From Marsupella aquatica (lineage: Eukaryota > Plantae > Marchantiophyta): a stretch of 64,000 nt of DNA. The stretch covers positions 13,360,330 through 13,424,329 of the forward strand of contig OZ316898.1 in assembly GCA_973895155.1 (NCBI GenBank). The letters run 5' to 3'. How positions within the stretch are numbered: the stretch's first letter is position 1; each line of letters opens with the position of its first letter. The position numbers and the translations under genes are program-made. Below, one piece after another: positions 11,957 through 24,089 of the stretch. Below the pieces are notes generated by a model. The model worked only from the letters and a program-made list of their open reading frames with translations. It searched no databases and was not told the DNA's origin.

Positions 11957-12105
11957 TTCTTCTTCCCTCCTCCTCTTCTTTGCTCCTCCGCTCCTGCGCC
12001 TCCGCTCCTTTGCTCCTGCGCCTCCGCTCCTCCGCTCCTCCGCTCCTCCGCTCCTCCGCCTCATTCGCTTCCAGTCTCCTTAGGCCCACTCCACCTCCGC
12101 CTTCA
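11957..12105 (+). repeat. Pyrimidine-rich (CTCCG/CTCCT)n low-complexity tract, probably the 5' UTR/promoter of the outer ParB-MTase gene
   Basis: Visible simple repeat about 100 bp upstream of ATG 12197. Confidence 0.6.
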
Positions 12106-12196
12106 CACTAGAGTTTCTGCCCTAGCCGCCACGTTAATTGCCCTAGATCTAACGCTCTGTGATCCTCCACGTGTCCATACGACCACGTGTCACAAG

Positions 12197-12326
12197 ATGG
12201 ATCCATCTAGACCTATTCATGTGTCTTTGGTCGTTGAGCCAATAGAGGAGATAGACCTCTCCTCCATTGAGGATGTGGTAGACACGGCCCTCGAGGATTC
12301 CAGAGCCTTCCAATTGCTCAATCCAA
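12197..12326 (+). pseudogene. First coding exon of the outer element's ParB-MTase gene, separated from the rest by the inner element
   Basis: MDPSRPIHV...FQLLNP. After removing 12327-24054 the exon ends CCAA|GTAAGT (phase-1 donor) and joins the phase-1 acceptor TTGCAG|GG at 24734/24735 in frame with ORF 24716. Confidence 0.8.
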
Positions 12327-12571
12327 AACACGATTTCGGACCGACCGAGAAGTGTGTCGGAGTTATCGTTTAGCCCGATCCCGTTTTTTTTCTAAGGCAA
12401 TGCAATGACCGATAAAACTGGCAAAAACTCTCCGAAACGCCACTTTCCTCCATTGCATCGCCGCGGGAATGCAGGGAGCGATACGTGCATCGGGTTTTAC
12501 ATTCCGTCAGTGAAAAAGTCCGAACTGCGAGTAACTTGGTCCAAACCGCGTAATCCAGGAATGACCACGCA

Positions 12572-12668
12572 CTAACCCAGGTAAAAGGGGAACTTAACCA
12601 TGGTTAAGGGGAAATTAACCATGGTTAAGGGGAAATTAACCATGGTTTAGAGCATCTCCTATATAAAG
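12572..12668 (+). promoter_or_regulatory. Three 21-bp tandem units with palindrome TTAACCATGGTTAA, followed by a TATA-like box
   Basis: GGGGAAATTAACCATGGTTAA repeated at about 12587-12648. TATATAAAAG at about 12660-12669. Confidence 0.45.
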
Positions 12669-13780
12669 AGGAGCGGGCTGCCCATAAAACATTTGCTTTC
12701 GCCAGAGCAAATATCTCCTGACTGAGAGCGAATACCAAACTCCCATCAAGTCTTACATTCCTCCCAAGCAATTCGACTCTTTCTACCGAAAACCCGATAA
12801 ATTTATCGGAATAGCTATTCCTGTTCAAGTTCTCCATGTAAGACTAACTAGTCATTTAGTGTAAAATGTCCAGATCCGAGCGGACTGCGATAAATTTATC
12901 GCATTTTGCATTCCTCTGTTGCAATCATTTGATCCAGTGTGTTTAGAGAGGTGTTGCCTTCATTCCGATAAATTTATCGGAGTCTCCATTCCTTTCATGG
13001 AAAGAGGAGTAATTGAGAATCCGATAAATTTATCGGAGTTGTCATTTTTGTGAAAGATTGAATTCAGGGCTTAGGTGTTTGAGGAAGTCATATTTTCAAT
13101 TCGAATGCGGAGTGCGATAAACTTATCGCATCCTCCTGTGAGAATCCTTTTCCTTTGTTTTGTTTGGAGACTCATCTTCATCTCTGATGTCGCAGTGTTG
13201 CCGGGTTTAGGAGGCACAACGGAAGGTCGGTTGCACTCCGTGGACAACAGGTATTGTGACAAATGGCTGTCTTCCTTGAAAATCGTGTCAAACGTGCACG
13301 CCGGTTGTACAAGAGACTCGTGCGACTCAAAGTTCTCCCCATCGGTATAGGAGCATTGTGGATGGGTGGTACTGATCCTGGAGATAGGCAGAATCCTCTC
13401 CGCATTGAATTCTGCGGAATGAATGATGCAGGAGTTCCAATTCGTTCGAGGTTGATGTTAACGGCGTGTTTACATTCTTTGGAGTTTTCTTGTAACTATT
13501 GTTGTCGTCGTCTTGATAACAAGTACCACAAACAGGCTCACTTCTGTTGTAAGATTTGGAACGAAGACCCTTGGGTGAACCTTTCACGATGAGTGTTTCG
13601 ACCTTTTCATTGAGGCGCATCTTGGAAGGACATATTTAAATAAACAAGTCCTACCCTTGCGCAGCGAATATAATACGTCACGAGTCCTAATCGTTAAACT
13701 GTCGTGCAGGGTTGGTACTGTGTTTGGTTACACCTGGTGATTGAAGGTATTTTTATTGGTGGTTTTGGTAGCTCTACTTC

Positions 13781-14329
13781 ATGGCTGCATCGGAGAATCT
13801 AATCGTTGCAAAGATGGGATCCGTTTTAGCCCACGAGCGTAGGAAATATATTCGAGGAAAAGTGCCCGGTGTGGAATGCGGAAGTTTGTTGAATGGACTT
13901 CCCGATGAACTCGTTGAATCTCACATTTGGCCCCTCCTAGCCTTGTCTTGCACACAAGATGAACACCTTGGCCTTGACCTAAAACTTCTACCAGAAGAAC
14001 GACTGACTCGAATGAGAACAATCATTTGTCTTGGAGCCACCTCGAAGAAATGGAACCATCTTGTTGTTGGTACACGATTTTGGGCGCTATTGAAATATGC
14101 AGTCCGTGAGATCAATGACATAAAAAAAATGCTCGCAAGCATTCCTAATGCCGTCCTTCTCTCAAACCTACATATTGCTAGGGTCTACCGAGAGGAAACT
14201 CATTTCCTCCCTCCCATAGATATGCTTGGGTGCTTCTCGTATGACCGATTAGATGCGTTTCTTAGAGTTTGGGTGAATCTTGGAGAAAGCGGGAAGCGGA
14301 CAATTCTTGCATGGCATGGACGAGTCTGA
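13781..14329 (+). CDS. F-box-like protein (cargo of inner element)
   Basis: SLLNGLPDELVESHIWPLL ... LGATSKKWNHLV matches a split F-box consensus (LPDEL..I..L / V.K.W..L). ATG start, 182 aa. Confidence 0.6.
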   Translation: MAASENLIVAKMGSVLAHERRKYIRGKVPGVECGSLLNGLPDELVESHIWPLLALSCTQDEHLGLDLKLLPEERLTRMRTIICLGATSKKWNHLVVGTRFWALLKYAVREINDIKKMLASIPNAVLLSNLHIARVYREETHFLPPIDMLGCFSYDRLDAFLRVWVNLGESGKRTILAWHGRV

Positions 14330-14621
14330 GTGAATGAGGCATTGCAGCGAACATCCGATAAATTTATCGCACTCCTCATTCCTCTAGTCGATTTTGGGTG
14401 CTTGTAAAGAAACACTTTGAATATAATTGACTCTGCCTCCTCTGACTTCGGGTTGTGTGGTCCAAAGTGTATTTTTTTGCGCCTCTTCGGACGATTAGCT
14501 GACAAGTGCATTGGCTTCACAGCCCGTTATACAAGGTACTGTAAAGTTGGATGAAACTTGTAGAATTGTAATTAGTATGTTCTCCAAAATTTATTCCTGA
14601 TTTCTATTCGGTGATCAGGCC

Positions 14622-15335
14622 ATGCTCGAGCGACGCATTTTTGTACCCTTCCTGGATCCTCCAGAATGGGGGAATGGAGCCATGCTGGACCAGCTAAGGA
14701 GGCTGGATGAGTCACTAATTTTAAAGATATGCAGGCTGGTAGTAAAACCGTTTTACCATAACGCATTTCACTTCTATGTAGATCAGGTAGGGGGAGAAAT
14801 TTATATTCGGTGGGATAGATATGTTGGATTTTCTAGAAGAGTTATCCTACTCTTTCTGAAAACCGGTGTAGTAAGACGTTTTATACTCCACTGCTGTCAT
14901 GTTGTGAAGGGCAATCCTGCTTATGAGCCAGAATTCTATGCCGACAACAGACGTAGAGCATTCGATGAGATTCAGGATGTCATTGACGAGCTAGACAATC
15001 CTCTTGCCACTGAGTTTTTTATTGACACTGGTGGGAAACTATATTCATACAAGATTCGTCAACTCCCCCCCCAGCCGGTCTGTGGGCTCTTTAACTTGAT
15101 CTATGTAAGTTGCCTATGGACGAACGTCCTTGCCAATGGTGAGATTTGTCCATGCTGCACAAATGCTTGTTGTGACATTCCGTCACGCCGGTATTCAGTA
15201 GCAGTAGTGAATCCTGAGACTGGTGAAGTTGATTTCCATTGGCTGTGGGCTTATGATCATCGCGTCACTCATATTCCCCAATGGCCCAAGAAGCGGATCG
15301 AACGCTTCGCTCTGGCGAGGTTCAACTATGATTAG
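14622..15335 (+). CDS. Hypothetical 237-aa protein with Cys cluster (CPCCTNACC), cargo of inner element
   Basis: ATG-initiated open ORF with globular-looking composition. No family recognised. Confidence 0.5.
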   Translation: MLERRIFVPFLDPPEWGNGAMLDQLRRLDESLILKICRLVVKPFYHNAFHFYVDQVGGEIYIRWDRYVGFSRRVILLFLKTGVVRRFILHCCHVVKGNPAYEPEFYADNRRRAFDEIQDVIDELDNPLATEFFIDTGGKLYSYKIRQLPPQPVCGLFNLIYVSCLWTNVLANGEICPCCTNACCDIPSRRYSVAVVNPETGEVDFHWLWAYDHRVTHIPQWPKKRIERFALARFNYD

Positions 15336-15555
15336 GGTTTAGGTTTAGGGGTTAAGGTTTTGGATTTAGGGTTCCGTCGCTGATTCTTCGACCTGTAGAC
15401 TCGGCCGTCAATTTAAAGAAGGCTCACTTTTGCGATAATTTTATCAGTCTCTTTGTCCTTGTGTGATGAGATGTCGTGTCCACATGTGCTGTGAGATTGG
15501 CGGCGATAATTTTATCGCTCTTTGCATTGGAATTTGTTTATTTGCAGACTTTTCC

Positions 15556-18500
15556 ATGGCTGCTAGTGGAAAGAGTGGATCTGCTGAGGCAGAAAGTCTC
15601 ATGACAAGCCTCACCAATGCAATTTGGACAAGTGAAGACATTTGTGAAGAGATCAAGTGTATCAAGAAGTCATGGTACTTCCGTGATGCCAGATTACAGT
15701 CCACGGGTTTCGAAGACTGTGTTACCCCAATCCTTTGGGTCCAGTTGCAAAAATCGGTGAAGGTTAATGTTTCGTATGGCCCTGTCATTGCTGTTGCCGT
15801 CGTCGAGTTCATGGTTGGCCACGGGGAGGGAAAAGTGTTGACAGAGGGCCTTAGTTTCTTGACAATGTGTGGGCGCAAGGGTTTCACATCTCTCATTGTT
15901 ACTCTCGATAACTTTGATGAGAAATCGATGGACAATTATCCAGAAGATCCCCTTGTTGCCGATGTTCGGGCAGCAAGAGAGATGAATGTTATGGGTTCGG
16001 CTTGGATCGGCCAGTATGTGCAAGATTGTGATGCCATCATGCTTCCAAGGGTGAACGCAGAGTACAAGAGACTTGTGGGTGAAGAGTTCAAACCTGTCCG
16101 CAAAATTGTTTTCAAGAAACCAGGTTCAAGTGGAAGCGGTGGTTCTAATGCCGATAAAATATCGGGGCGGAAAGAACCATTGCAATCCTCTACACATGTT
16201 GACGTGGATGAACCTACAACTTCTGGTCAGGTTTCGGGAAGTGGAAAAGGGAAAGGGAGAGGTAGCGGCAGGGGAGATGCCGCGGGTACCTCTAACGGTG
16301 GGAAGAAGAGCCATGAAACTGGCGGTAGTGGGAGAGGCCGGGGCAACCATCGAGGACCATCCGTTAAACCAAGTGAAAGTAAAGGATCCGAGGGATCCGG
16401 GCCATCTGGTTCTGGACTTAGCACAAAGAGGAAGAGGACTGGCTGGACTGAGACAGTGGCTGCAGAAGTAGATAGAGCTTCGTCAATTCCATCAGTTCCA
16501 GTCGCGGTTGCTACGGCGCCATTGGTAAGTACTACGTCGTTGTACTGTTTAACAAACACGAAATCCGATAAAAATCTCGCTGTTTATTTCCTGAATTGCG
16601 GATTGTGGAGTTATGTTGAACAAATGCGAACTCTGATAAAAATCTCGTAGTTTCTTTCCTTAATTGAATTTGCAACGCTTTTGTAGGCTGATCAAGAGGA
16701 GGAGACAGCTCTTTCGATGTATGAGACGGACGCGATCAAGGCAGAGCTCAGTCTTCTGATGCAACGAAGGGTGCAAAGGACAACTGTGCTTCTGCATGTC
16801 GACAATCTCATATTTGATGAGGAGGGGGATTTGACAACTTTGATTAGACCAGTGGATAGATTGCATGTGGAAAATATCAAGATACTTCTCATGAAAAACC
16901 CCACCAACTTCAGTGCCCCGTTCATGCTGTGTGTGGATCCGAAGGATTGTCCCACAACCGCAGATTGGGACATCCTGAAGTCAAGGGTATGGAAGTATAG
17001 AATTATTGGAGGGAATCATGGTGCTCGGGCAAAGTCCGAGTTGTTTAAAATGTACGGGAAGCAAATATATGGTGAGCTGGAAGCTTGGGTTTACGCTGGG
17101 CTTACAAGATCCGAGGTCCGAAAGTTAGGCTTCCAGCATAACTATGACCAGGAGTATCAGAAGAACATGACCAAAATTGACCAAGTTCGCGCTTGTCACA
17201 ATATTTTCCTTGAAATGGGTGTGGGCTCGACTAAAGATGTCCGCGAAGCATGTTGTCAAGAATGCATGATGGAGTACACGCCAGGAGTTTGTGACTCCAT
17301 GGCCAAACATGATCCGACTTTCCAAATTGCTTTCCGAACAGGTGAAATTTGGGAGCTTTAGGAGCAGATTTTCCAGATGTGGGAGAAAGGTATTGTCTTA
17401 CGACAACCCAAAAAAATTGTGGCAACGATGAACGCAAAGGGAAAGGTGAAACCTTTGACGGTAAGGGAGATTAAAATGAATAAACTTGCTGGTGACCTCA
17501 ACTTAAATTCATTTCGAGGTCTCCAAGGACTGTCAAATAAGGAGCATGTCAAGCGTCTCTTGAATAGGGTTATCGGGAAGGTGATCACTTTGGATCAAAT
17601 GCACAAGGAAGGTGAGAAGTTGAAAAAGCTTGCCAAGGTGAAGAAACTATTTTTGCAGATATCTGGTCAGCCAGATTGGGCAACATGCAGAGAAATGTTT
17701 CCCAACGAAACAGATGTCTCGGTCCTTGGCATATGGGCGGAGAAATTGAGTGACGCGGTAAGCATTCCTCTCACAGCATGCTCTATCGCGAGATTTTTAT
17801 CGGCTTTAGCATTCCTTTGTTGGTTTCTAAGCGATTGCATCTATCAGCTAGTGTGCTCCATCGCGAGATTTTTATCGGCTTTAGCATTCCTTTGTTGGTT
17901 TCTAAGCGATTCCATTTATTGGCTAGCGTGCTCCATCGCGAGATTTTTATCGGCCTTAGCATTCATCTCATGCTATTCTAACTGTAGATGTGTCTGACAT
18001 TCTTACAACTGAAGATTAATTCAAAAAGGAAAAGCAAAGTGGTTCCGGCTGTCACTTATAATTCTGCGGGGGAGGTTATTGTTCCCTCAACTGAAATCCC
18101 TTATGTGTTTAAGAATTTTGTGCTTGCTGCAATCGATAAGTACAATCGGCTGAGGTCCTTAGGCGAGGGCATAGCAGAAGCGTTTGAACAAACAAATGCA
18201 GACGGGGATTCTTTTCCCTACTATCTCCATGTTGGTGATGTTCGAATTTTGGATTCTTTTGTTCAGCCAAGGGCTTACACCCTTGCAGTTGCGGATATTC
18301 CGTATGGTTTTAATGCTCCTGGTTCGGAGTTTGATGAAGTGGCCTTCACAAAAAATGACATTTTAGACATGTTGACAACTTTCTCAAAGATGACGACCGC
18401 TAAGCAGTGGAGGTTTGTTGTGATCCATTCACTACAACAAACGCATATGGTGATGTCTGCACTGGAGAGTGTATGCAACTGTGGGGTCGAGGCTGGAATC

Positions 18501-19115
18501 TGGGAGAAGACTAACATTCATGAGCGTCCCGCTGGAGCTCGATTGGCGTGGAGTTTTGAGAACTGGTCGATAGGTTTCTATAGCGAGGAAGGCATTCGGA
18601 ACATGAACATGTACAATTTCCAACCGGATGAGTCTTGCGTCAATATCATCAAGGTTCCATGTGTAACCAAGAAGTCCGTTGATCCGTTGGGATTTGTTGT
18701 GAACCCATATCAGAAGCCTGTTGGTTTAGGGGCTTGGTTTGTTTCCCATTTCTCTGAGAAAGAGGATTGGGTTATTGATCTTTGTTGTGGAACCGGATCA
18801 ACATTAGCTGCTACGCTCCTCAATTCTCGCCAGGGTTGTGGTGTTGATAAGAGTTCTGCGCAGATTGGTTTTGTAAAATCCCGGATCATGATTCTGGAGT
18901 CAAACTGGAATTTATATGAAGAATCCCAGATTGAAGGGCACGGCGTTGAAGGTCATGAGATTCAACCACCAATTGCAGGCCAATTGGGTGTACTCGGGAC
19001 ATCGACTTACGTAGTTGAGGTCGTGAAGGAGATCGAAGAGGAACAAGAAGAAACTGAGGAAGAGCCTCCCAGAACACCAAATGAGGATGATCTCAACGAC
19101 ATGTTATTAGATTAG
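15556..19115 (+). pseudogene. ParB/Srx-like domain + beta-class N6-adenine/N4-cytosine DNA methyltransferase fusion (inner element), one nonsense codon
   Basis: Exons 15556-16524, 16687-17757 and 17988 (or 18015)-19115, all phase-0 GT-AG. ParB-like RPVDRLHVENIK..YRIIGGNHGARA. MTase motif IV LAVADIPYG precedes PYQKP..VIDLCCGTGST (motifs X/I), the beta order. In-frame TAG at 17359-17361. Confidence 0.85.
17779..17960 (+). repeat. Intronic 75-bp tandem repeat (about 2.5 copies), each with CGAGATTTTTATCG
   Basis: Units start at 17779, 17854 and 17929. Confidence 0.9.
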
Positions 19116-19441
19116 TTGCGTGTGCTCGTTAGGATAATGTCAATCACCAATGAAGTTGTCGATAAATTTATCGACTTCTGTATTCCATGAGGAAGAACCT
19201 TTGTCACATTTATTAATGCGATAAATTTATCGGACTTTGCATATATCGGACTGTTGCGGTGTTCTTGCTGGGGGAATGGAGTTGTCGATAATCTTATCGG
19301 ACAGCATTGTATTCTCTAACTGGTTTGTCATTGCAATTATTTAAAAAAAAATATCATTATAGCTTCGAAGTACATAGTCCCAGAACGATAACCACTGTAC
19401 ATATTCATGGGAACGATAACCATTATAACTTAAACCTGAAA

Positions 19442-22400
19442 CTAGCTTCGACTATCAACGACTACAGTCTCCATTGCATTTTGAATGATTCGTCTTGTTT
19501 GTATAGGGAGAGTACTATTTGCCAATAACGCAAAGTTATACGCATAAACGACAGTTTCTGATAGGGACAATTCATCCTCCAGTACTTTGCTAGACGAAGC
19601 CTCTTTCTCCGGATAATATCTGCCTTCAATTGCAGACTCTTCCTCCGAATCCATTGCATACCAAGTGATTTTAATCCGCTCCGGGATGTCGTTAATTCTT
19701 GTGAGAATCTCAGTCACTTTTGCCATCCAGAATGGTCTTCCCTTGGGATCCTGATGGGCTGCTACACATATCATTGCAAATTTAGTATTCACCTCTAGAT
19801 CCTTGAAGTCTCCAATTTCCGTGACTTTTCTTTGACTTCTGGAATACATGACTGTCCTCACACCCGCTACTTTATCAACCAAGCTAGGTTCCATTGCTGC
19901 TTCCGTAGGATTACTCGGAAGTTCTCTCTGTACGTTTACCTTGGGCCAACTCCAATCAAAACTCCATTGTGCAGGTTTCAGGTGGTGCTGAATCACTTCT
20001 TTTTGTTTGTCAAAAAAACGACCCCACCATAGACGATCTGCGTCGTCAAAGTAATTGAATCCATCTTCAATTGCTCTTCGATATTTTTGAAGAGTTGACA
20101 AATAACTTTGAGCCGCCCGCTCATCTTGTTCCTCAGCATCATTCTCTTGCTCTTCATTGTCTCCTGTCGCTCCCGTGGCCGACTTCAATGCCATTTGTGG
20201 TGCGACCCACATTCCAGATGATGGAATGTACCGAACAAAATCCACCATCTCCCCCCAATCGATTGTCGTTGAAAGATGTTTGGCATGGAATACGGACCGA
20301 GCACTTCCATCTTTGAGTACTCTAGTAATCCGAAATTGTTTTTGAGCACTTATGCCGTGGAGAGTACGTAGAACCTGACCATCCATATCCTTGTCATTTG
20401 CTTGATCCTTGTCTGACACAAATTTCTTGAAATCGGCAACCTCGTCGATGAAAAATATCTTTGCCGTAGGATTGTAGGATTCCTCTATGATTGCTGAAAG
20501 AGTGTCCAACCGGAAAGCTTTCCGCTTGTTCAATTTTGAAGAAAACTTGCTAAACATTTTATCAATTTGATCATGGGTGTGCCCCACCAATAGGAAACCA
20601 ACCTTTATTTTCTGGAAAACACCTATCTCCACCAACATATTCAAATATGCCATAAGATATTTATTCTTGTTTTCCCGAGCTGTGTTATCAAGCTGGAGGT
20701 AAAGCACTGGAGGGAGCAGACCTTCCCAGGTATTCAGAATATGCTGGATAACGTGGATGGTTAGGTTGCTATCATTGTGAATATTTGGATAGTTCAAAAA
20801 AACATTTGAACTTAATTGTTTGTTGAAGATCAAACAACCCACTACGTGTACGGGGATGAAATACTTTTCATCCATATTCTTCGGACACCGAATGAAATGA
20901 GGTAACTCTGTCTTCTTTTGATCCATTCCATCAATACAGATGCCCAAATATTTCTCCGGACTCTTGTAACATTTGCTCCGGTGCTTTGCTAACTTCTCCC
21001 TCTCGACTGCTTGTGCCTTCCGATGCTCGTTTAGCAATGTTGAGAATTTTCCTACGACAATAAAAATTTTTAGGACAAAACATGATAACCGCAATGTTGA
21101 ACCCTGACAGCGATAAATTTATCGGGTTCAGTATTCAAACACGAGACCGTAATGATAAACCCTGACAACGATAAATTTATCGGGTTCAGTATTCAAACAC
21201 AAGACCGTAATGAAAAACTATGACAACGATAAATTTATCAGGTTCAGTATTCAAACTGTTCAAACGATATATTCACTCACATGGCCAAAGAAGAAGCACA
21301 TGAATACTCAACCCGATAAAATTATCGGGAGTAACACACAGGTTTAGAAATTTACTCTTTTCTGCTTCGAGTGTTGCCTTGTCACGGAGTGCTTTGAATT
21401 CAGTACACGGGGCGCAGGTGGAGAAACGGCTCCTTTTGGGGATGCGCACGCGAGGAAACTCCTTGTTCCAAATGCGAACAAACCACGAATATGTCATGCC
21501 TTGTTCTTGGCGCATTAGAGTTTCGGACTGGAAGGCATCAAAAACTTCTGTTTTTGTCCAATTGTCAGGTAAATGAAAGATATCCTTGTTGGGGAGACTC
21601 TCGACATTTGTGGAAAAAAAATCATCCAGCCATTGGACGAGACCAAGATGTGTGGGTGATTTTTCTCGACAAACTGTACCAATCTGTATCCGAGAAAACA
21701 TGTTCTCCGAGATTTTTTGGAGACGATTATTTCCTAGTGAAAATAATTTCTTAAAACCACTTCGACAAAAGGATCTACCGCTAACTGAGTAACCACTTGC
21801 ACCAGCATGCCCACCCTTCACACATCCTCTTAGAAGGACGTTCTTCTCTGGGTAGGATAGCCCATAGTAATAAGTGCATTGTTTCGTCACGGCTAGCAGA
21901 CCCAAATTGCGCAGACAGTAATTATCACAACACGAATACTTATGAATTTCTCTCATTTTGTTTCTATTCAATTTGTCATTTATCACATTGTCTTTCCTAG
22001 TAATTCGGTCCCTATCTTTTTTACTAGGCTCATTTGACTTCTCTACAACCTGAAATCCGTTCATAACATTGGCATTTTCGGGTCCTTCAGGTGCCTCGCG
22101 AATAGATGCATCACTCCCTACTGAGCTACCATCCTCTATAGATCTCCTTGACACATTTAGAGGGGCACTGAATAGACGACTATAGCTATTCTCTTTGACA
22201 GCTCCTTCTAAACATTCAGACACAACTTGTGCTATTATATCGGATTCTCTATCTCCTTCCTCATCTTCGTCCTCCGATGCACTCGACTCATCTGAAAACA
22301 CAATTGGACTCCGTGGCTCTCTATACATAACCCGAACGCCACTAAGACCTCTCCTCGATACTTGGAGTCTGGAACCAATGACAGTCCGCCCTTGAGAACT

Positions 22401-23003
22401 TGGAGATTCTGGATTCGCACGTGCAGTCCCAACGACTCCGCGAGCTGCTGGAAAATTGAGCACTTGTTCACCACGATTCCCATGGACCATTCGAGAAAGG
22501 GCCGAGTCTGGACTTCGTAGTCTGATTCCCTCGCTTGCTTGCACATCCAGTCCAGGCAATGCAAAGACCGATCGCCGTATCGGTCTTTGTATTTCTGTGT
22601 CCCGATCCTCACCCGGAGACTGAAAGATCCGTCGTTGAACTTGTGTTGAATGTGGCGACTTGAATGCCGACTGCGATACGCGTATCGGTCGCCGGATACC
22701 CTCTCCATAACCCGGGATGGATGGCCTGAAGCGACATCTCGGACCTAAACCTGGGATTGAAAGTTTCTCATTTCTTGGCGATGGAACACTCAAGAGACGA
22801 CGCTTCTCAGGTTTACTAGGCGACACATAGTAAGCACTGGGCTCAGGACCAGAACTTGCATCAGAATCTGAGTCAGAGATTTCGGGCACTATTTGCTGTG
22901 AGAGAGGTAGAGCTTTAAGTATGCGACTTGGCAAACAGCGAGCGACAAGATTAGGAGAGGATTCAACTGAACTGGAAGGTGAATCTGTGTCTGATTGAGA
23001 CAT
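19442..23003 (-). CDS. DUF7869-type (Sola-like) DDD transposase of the inner element, apparently intact
   Basis: Exons about 23003-21356 and 21051-19442 join in frame through a phase-1 GT-AG intron (EAEK-R-KFSTLL). Motifs FSTCAPC, ICIDGMDQKKT, LQLDNTARENKN, FLLVGHTHDQIDKMFS. Start codon uncertain. Confidence 0.88.
21095..21256. repeat. Intronic 58-bp tandem repeat x3, each with CGATAAATTTATC
   Basis: Motif starts at 21111, 21169 and 21227. Confidence 0.9.
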
Positions 23004-24089
23004 GGCTATCCAAGACACTATGGGGCTTTGCATTCCTCCCACAATCAGGGAAAACGAAAGGCTCAACGGACAAAATGTTGCTCCAAGAACACAACTCCCA
23101 AAACTCTACTCTCGATAATGACGCCAAAAACTTATCGGCGGTGGCCCTTTTATAGTGTCTGTTGAGGGGTTGGCCCACGTGTCCACTTTTGATTGGCTGT
23201 CACCCTAAACGACAAAATAGCAGAAAAGGGTATATTTCTTGGATTTCCAATTTCATTCTCACACGTGCATCGTGGCAAAATTATATAGTTTTGAAATTGA
23301 AGCGATAAATTTATCTGATGTTGGTATTGCAAAAGTGGTTCCTTCATATGGAAGTTGCAATTTTGAAATTGAAGCGATAAATTTATCTGATGTTGGTATT
23401 GCGAAGAGTTTTCTTCATATGGATAGGAATTTGAATTTAACCGATGAACCGAAGGATCTTAGTATTGTCGACTAGTATTTTTGTCGCCCGTAGTTTTCGC
23501 GATAATTTTATCGGACTGCGCATTGCTGTTGAAAGAATGGCATGTTGACTATGGTCATTTGCGGAGGTAACTGGTCAATTGCGGAGGTAACTGCAAGGTA
23601 AATTTGACGAGCCGTGCAGTAATTCTTATCGATTGTGATGTAAAATTTTTGTGGTAAATATCCAAAAACTGAGAAACCTGAGATTGGGTCGGAGTTTTCG
23701 TGGCTCAAATCCGGAGTCCGATACAGTTATCGCACTTGGCTTGAAACATGGATATGGATTTCTAGATAAGACCTTTCATATATCTTCGGAGAGCGTGAAT
23801 ATGAGGTCGAGGAGAAAGTTTTTCGGATCTAATTGTTCCTTGATAATATGAATGTTTGTTAGCATGAATTTCATTGGTTTTGATCATTATTAAATTTGTT
23901 GTTTCAATCCGAACTCTGATACGAATTACATTATTTCCCCAAAAACGCGTTTTTGATGAAAAAAACTGCCGATTTCGCGAGATTCGGCAGAAAATAAAAA
24001 TACACTTCTCATTTAGAGGAAATAGTTCTCGTTCGGTCCAAAATCGTGTTCCAAGTAAGTATCTCGGTAACAAGTTGAATATTTGTGCA

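Larger units (their letters stand above)
12327..24050. mobile_element. Inner Sola-like DNA transposon (11,724 bp)
   Basis: TIRs AACACGATTTCGGACCGACCGAGAA (12327-12351) and 24026-24050 match 23/25. 4-bp TSD CCAA at 12323-12326 and 24051-24054. Has its own transposase. The CGATAAATTTATCG motif was seen only in this interval. Confidence 0.9.

Noticed and set aside
15333-15372. Interstitial telomere
   Set aside because: Only 3-4 degenerate TTTAGGG units; more consistent with a telo-box or promoter-type tract.
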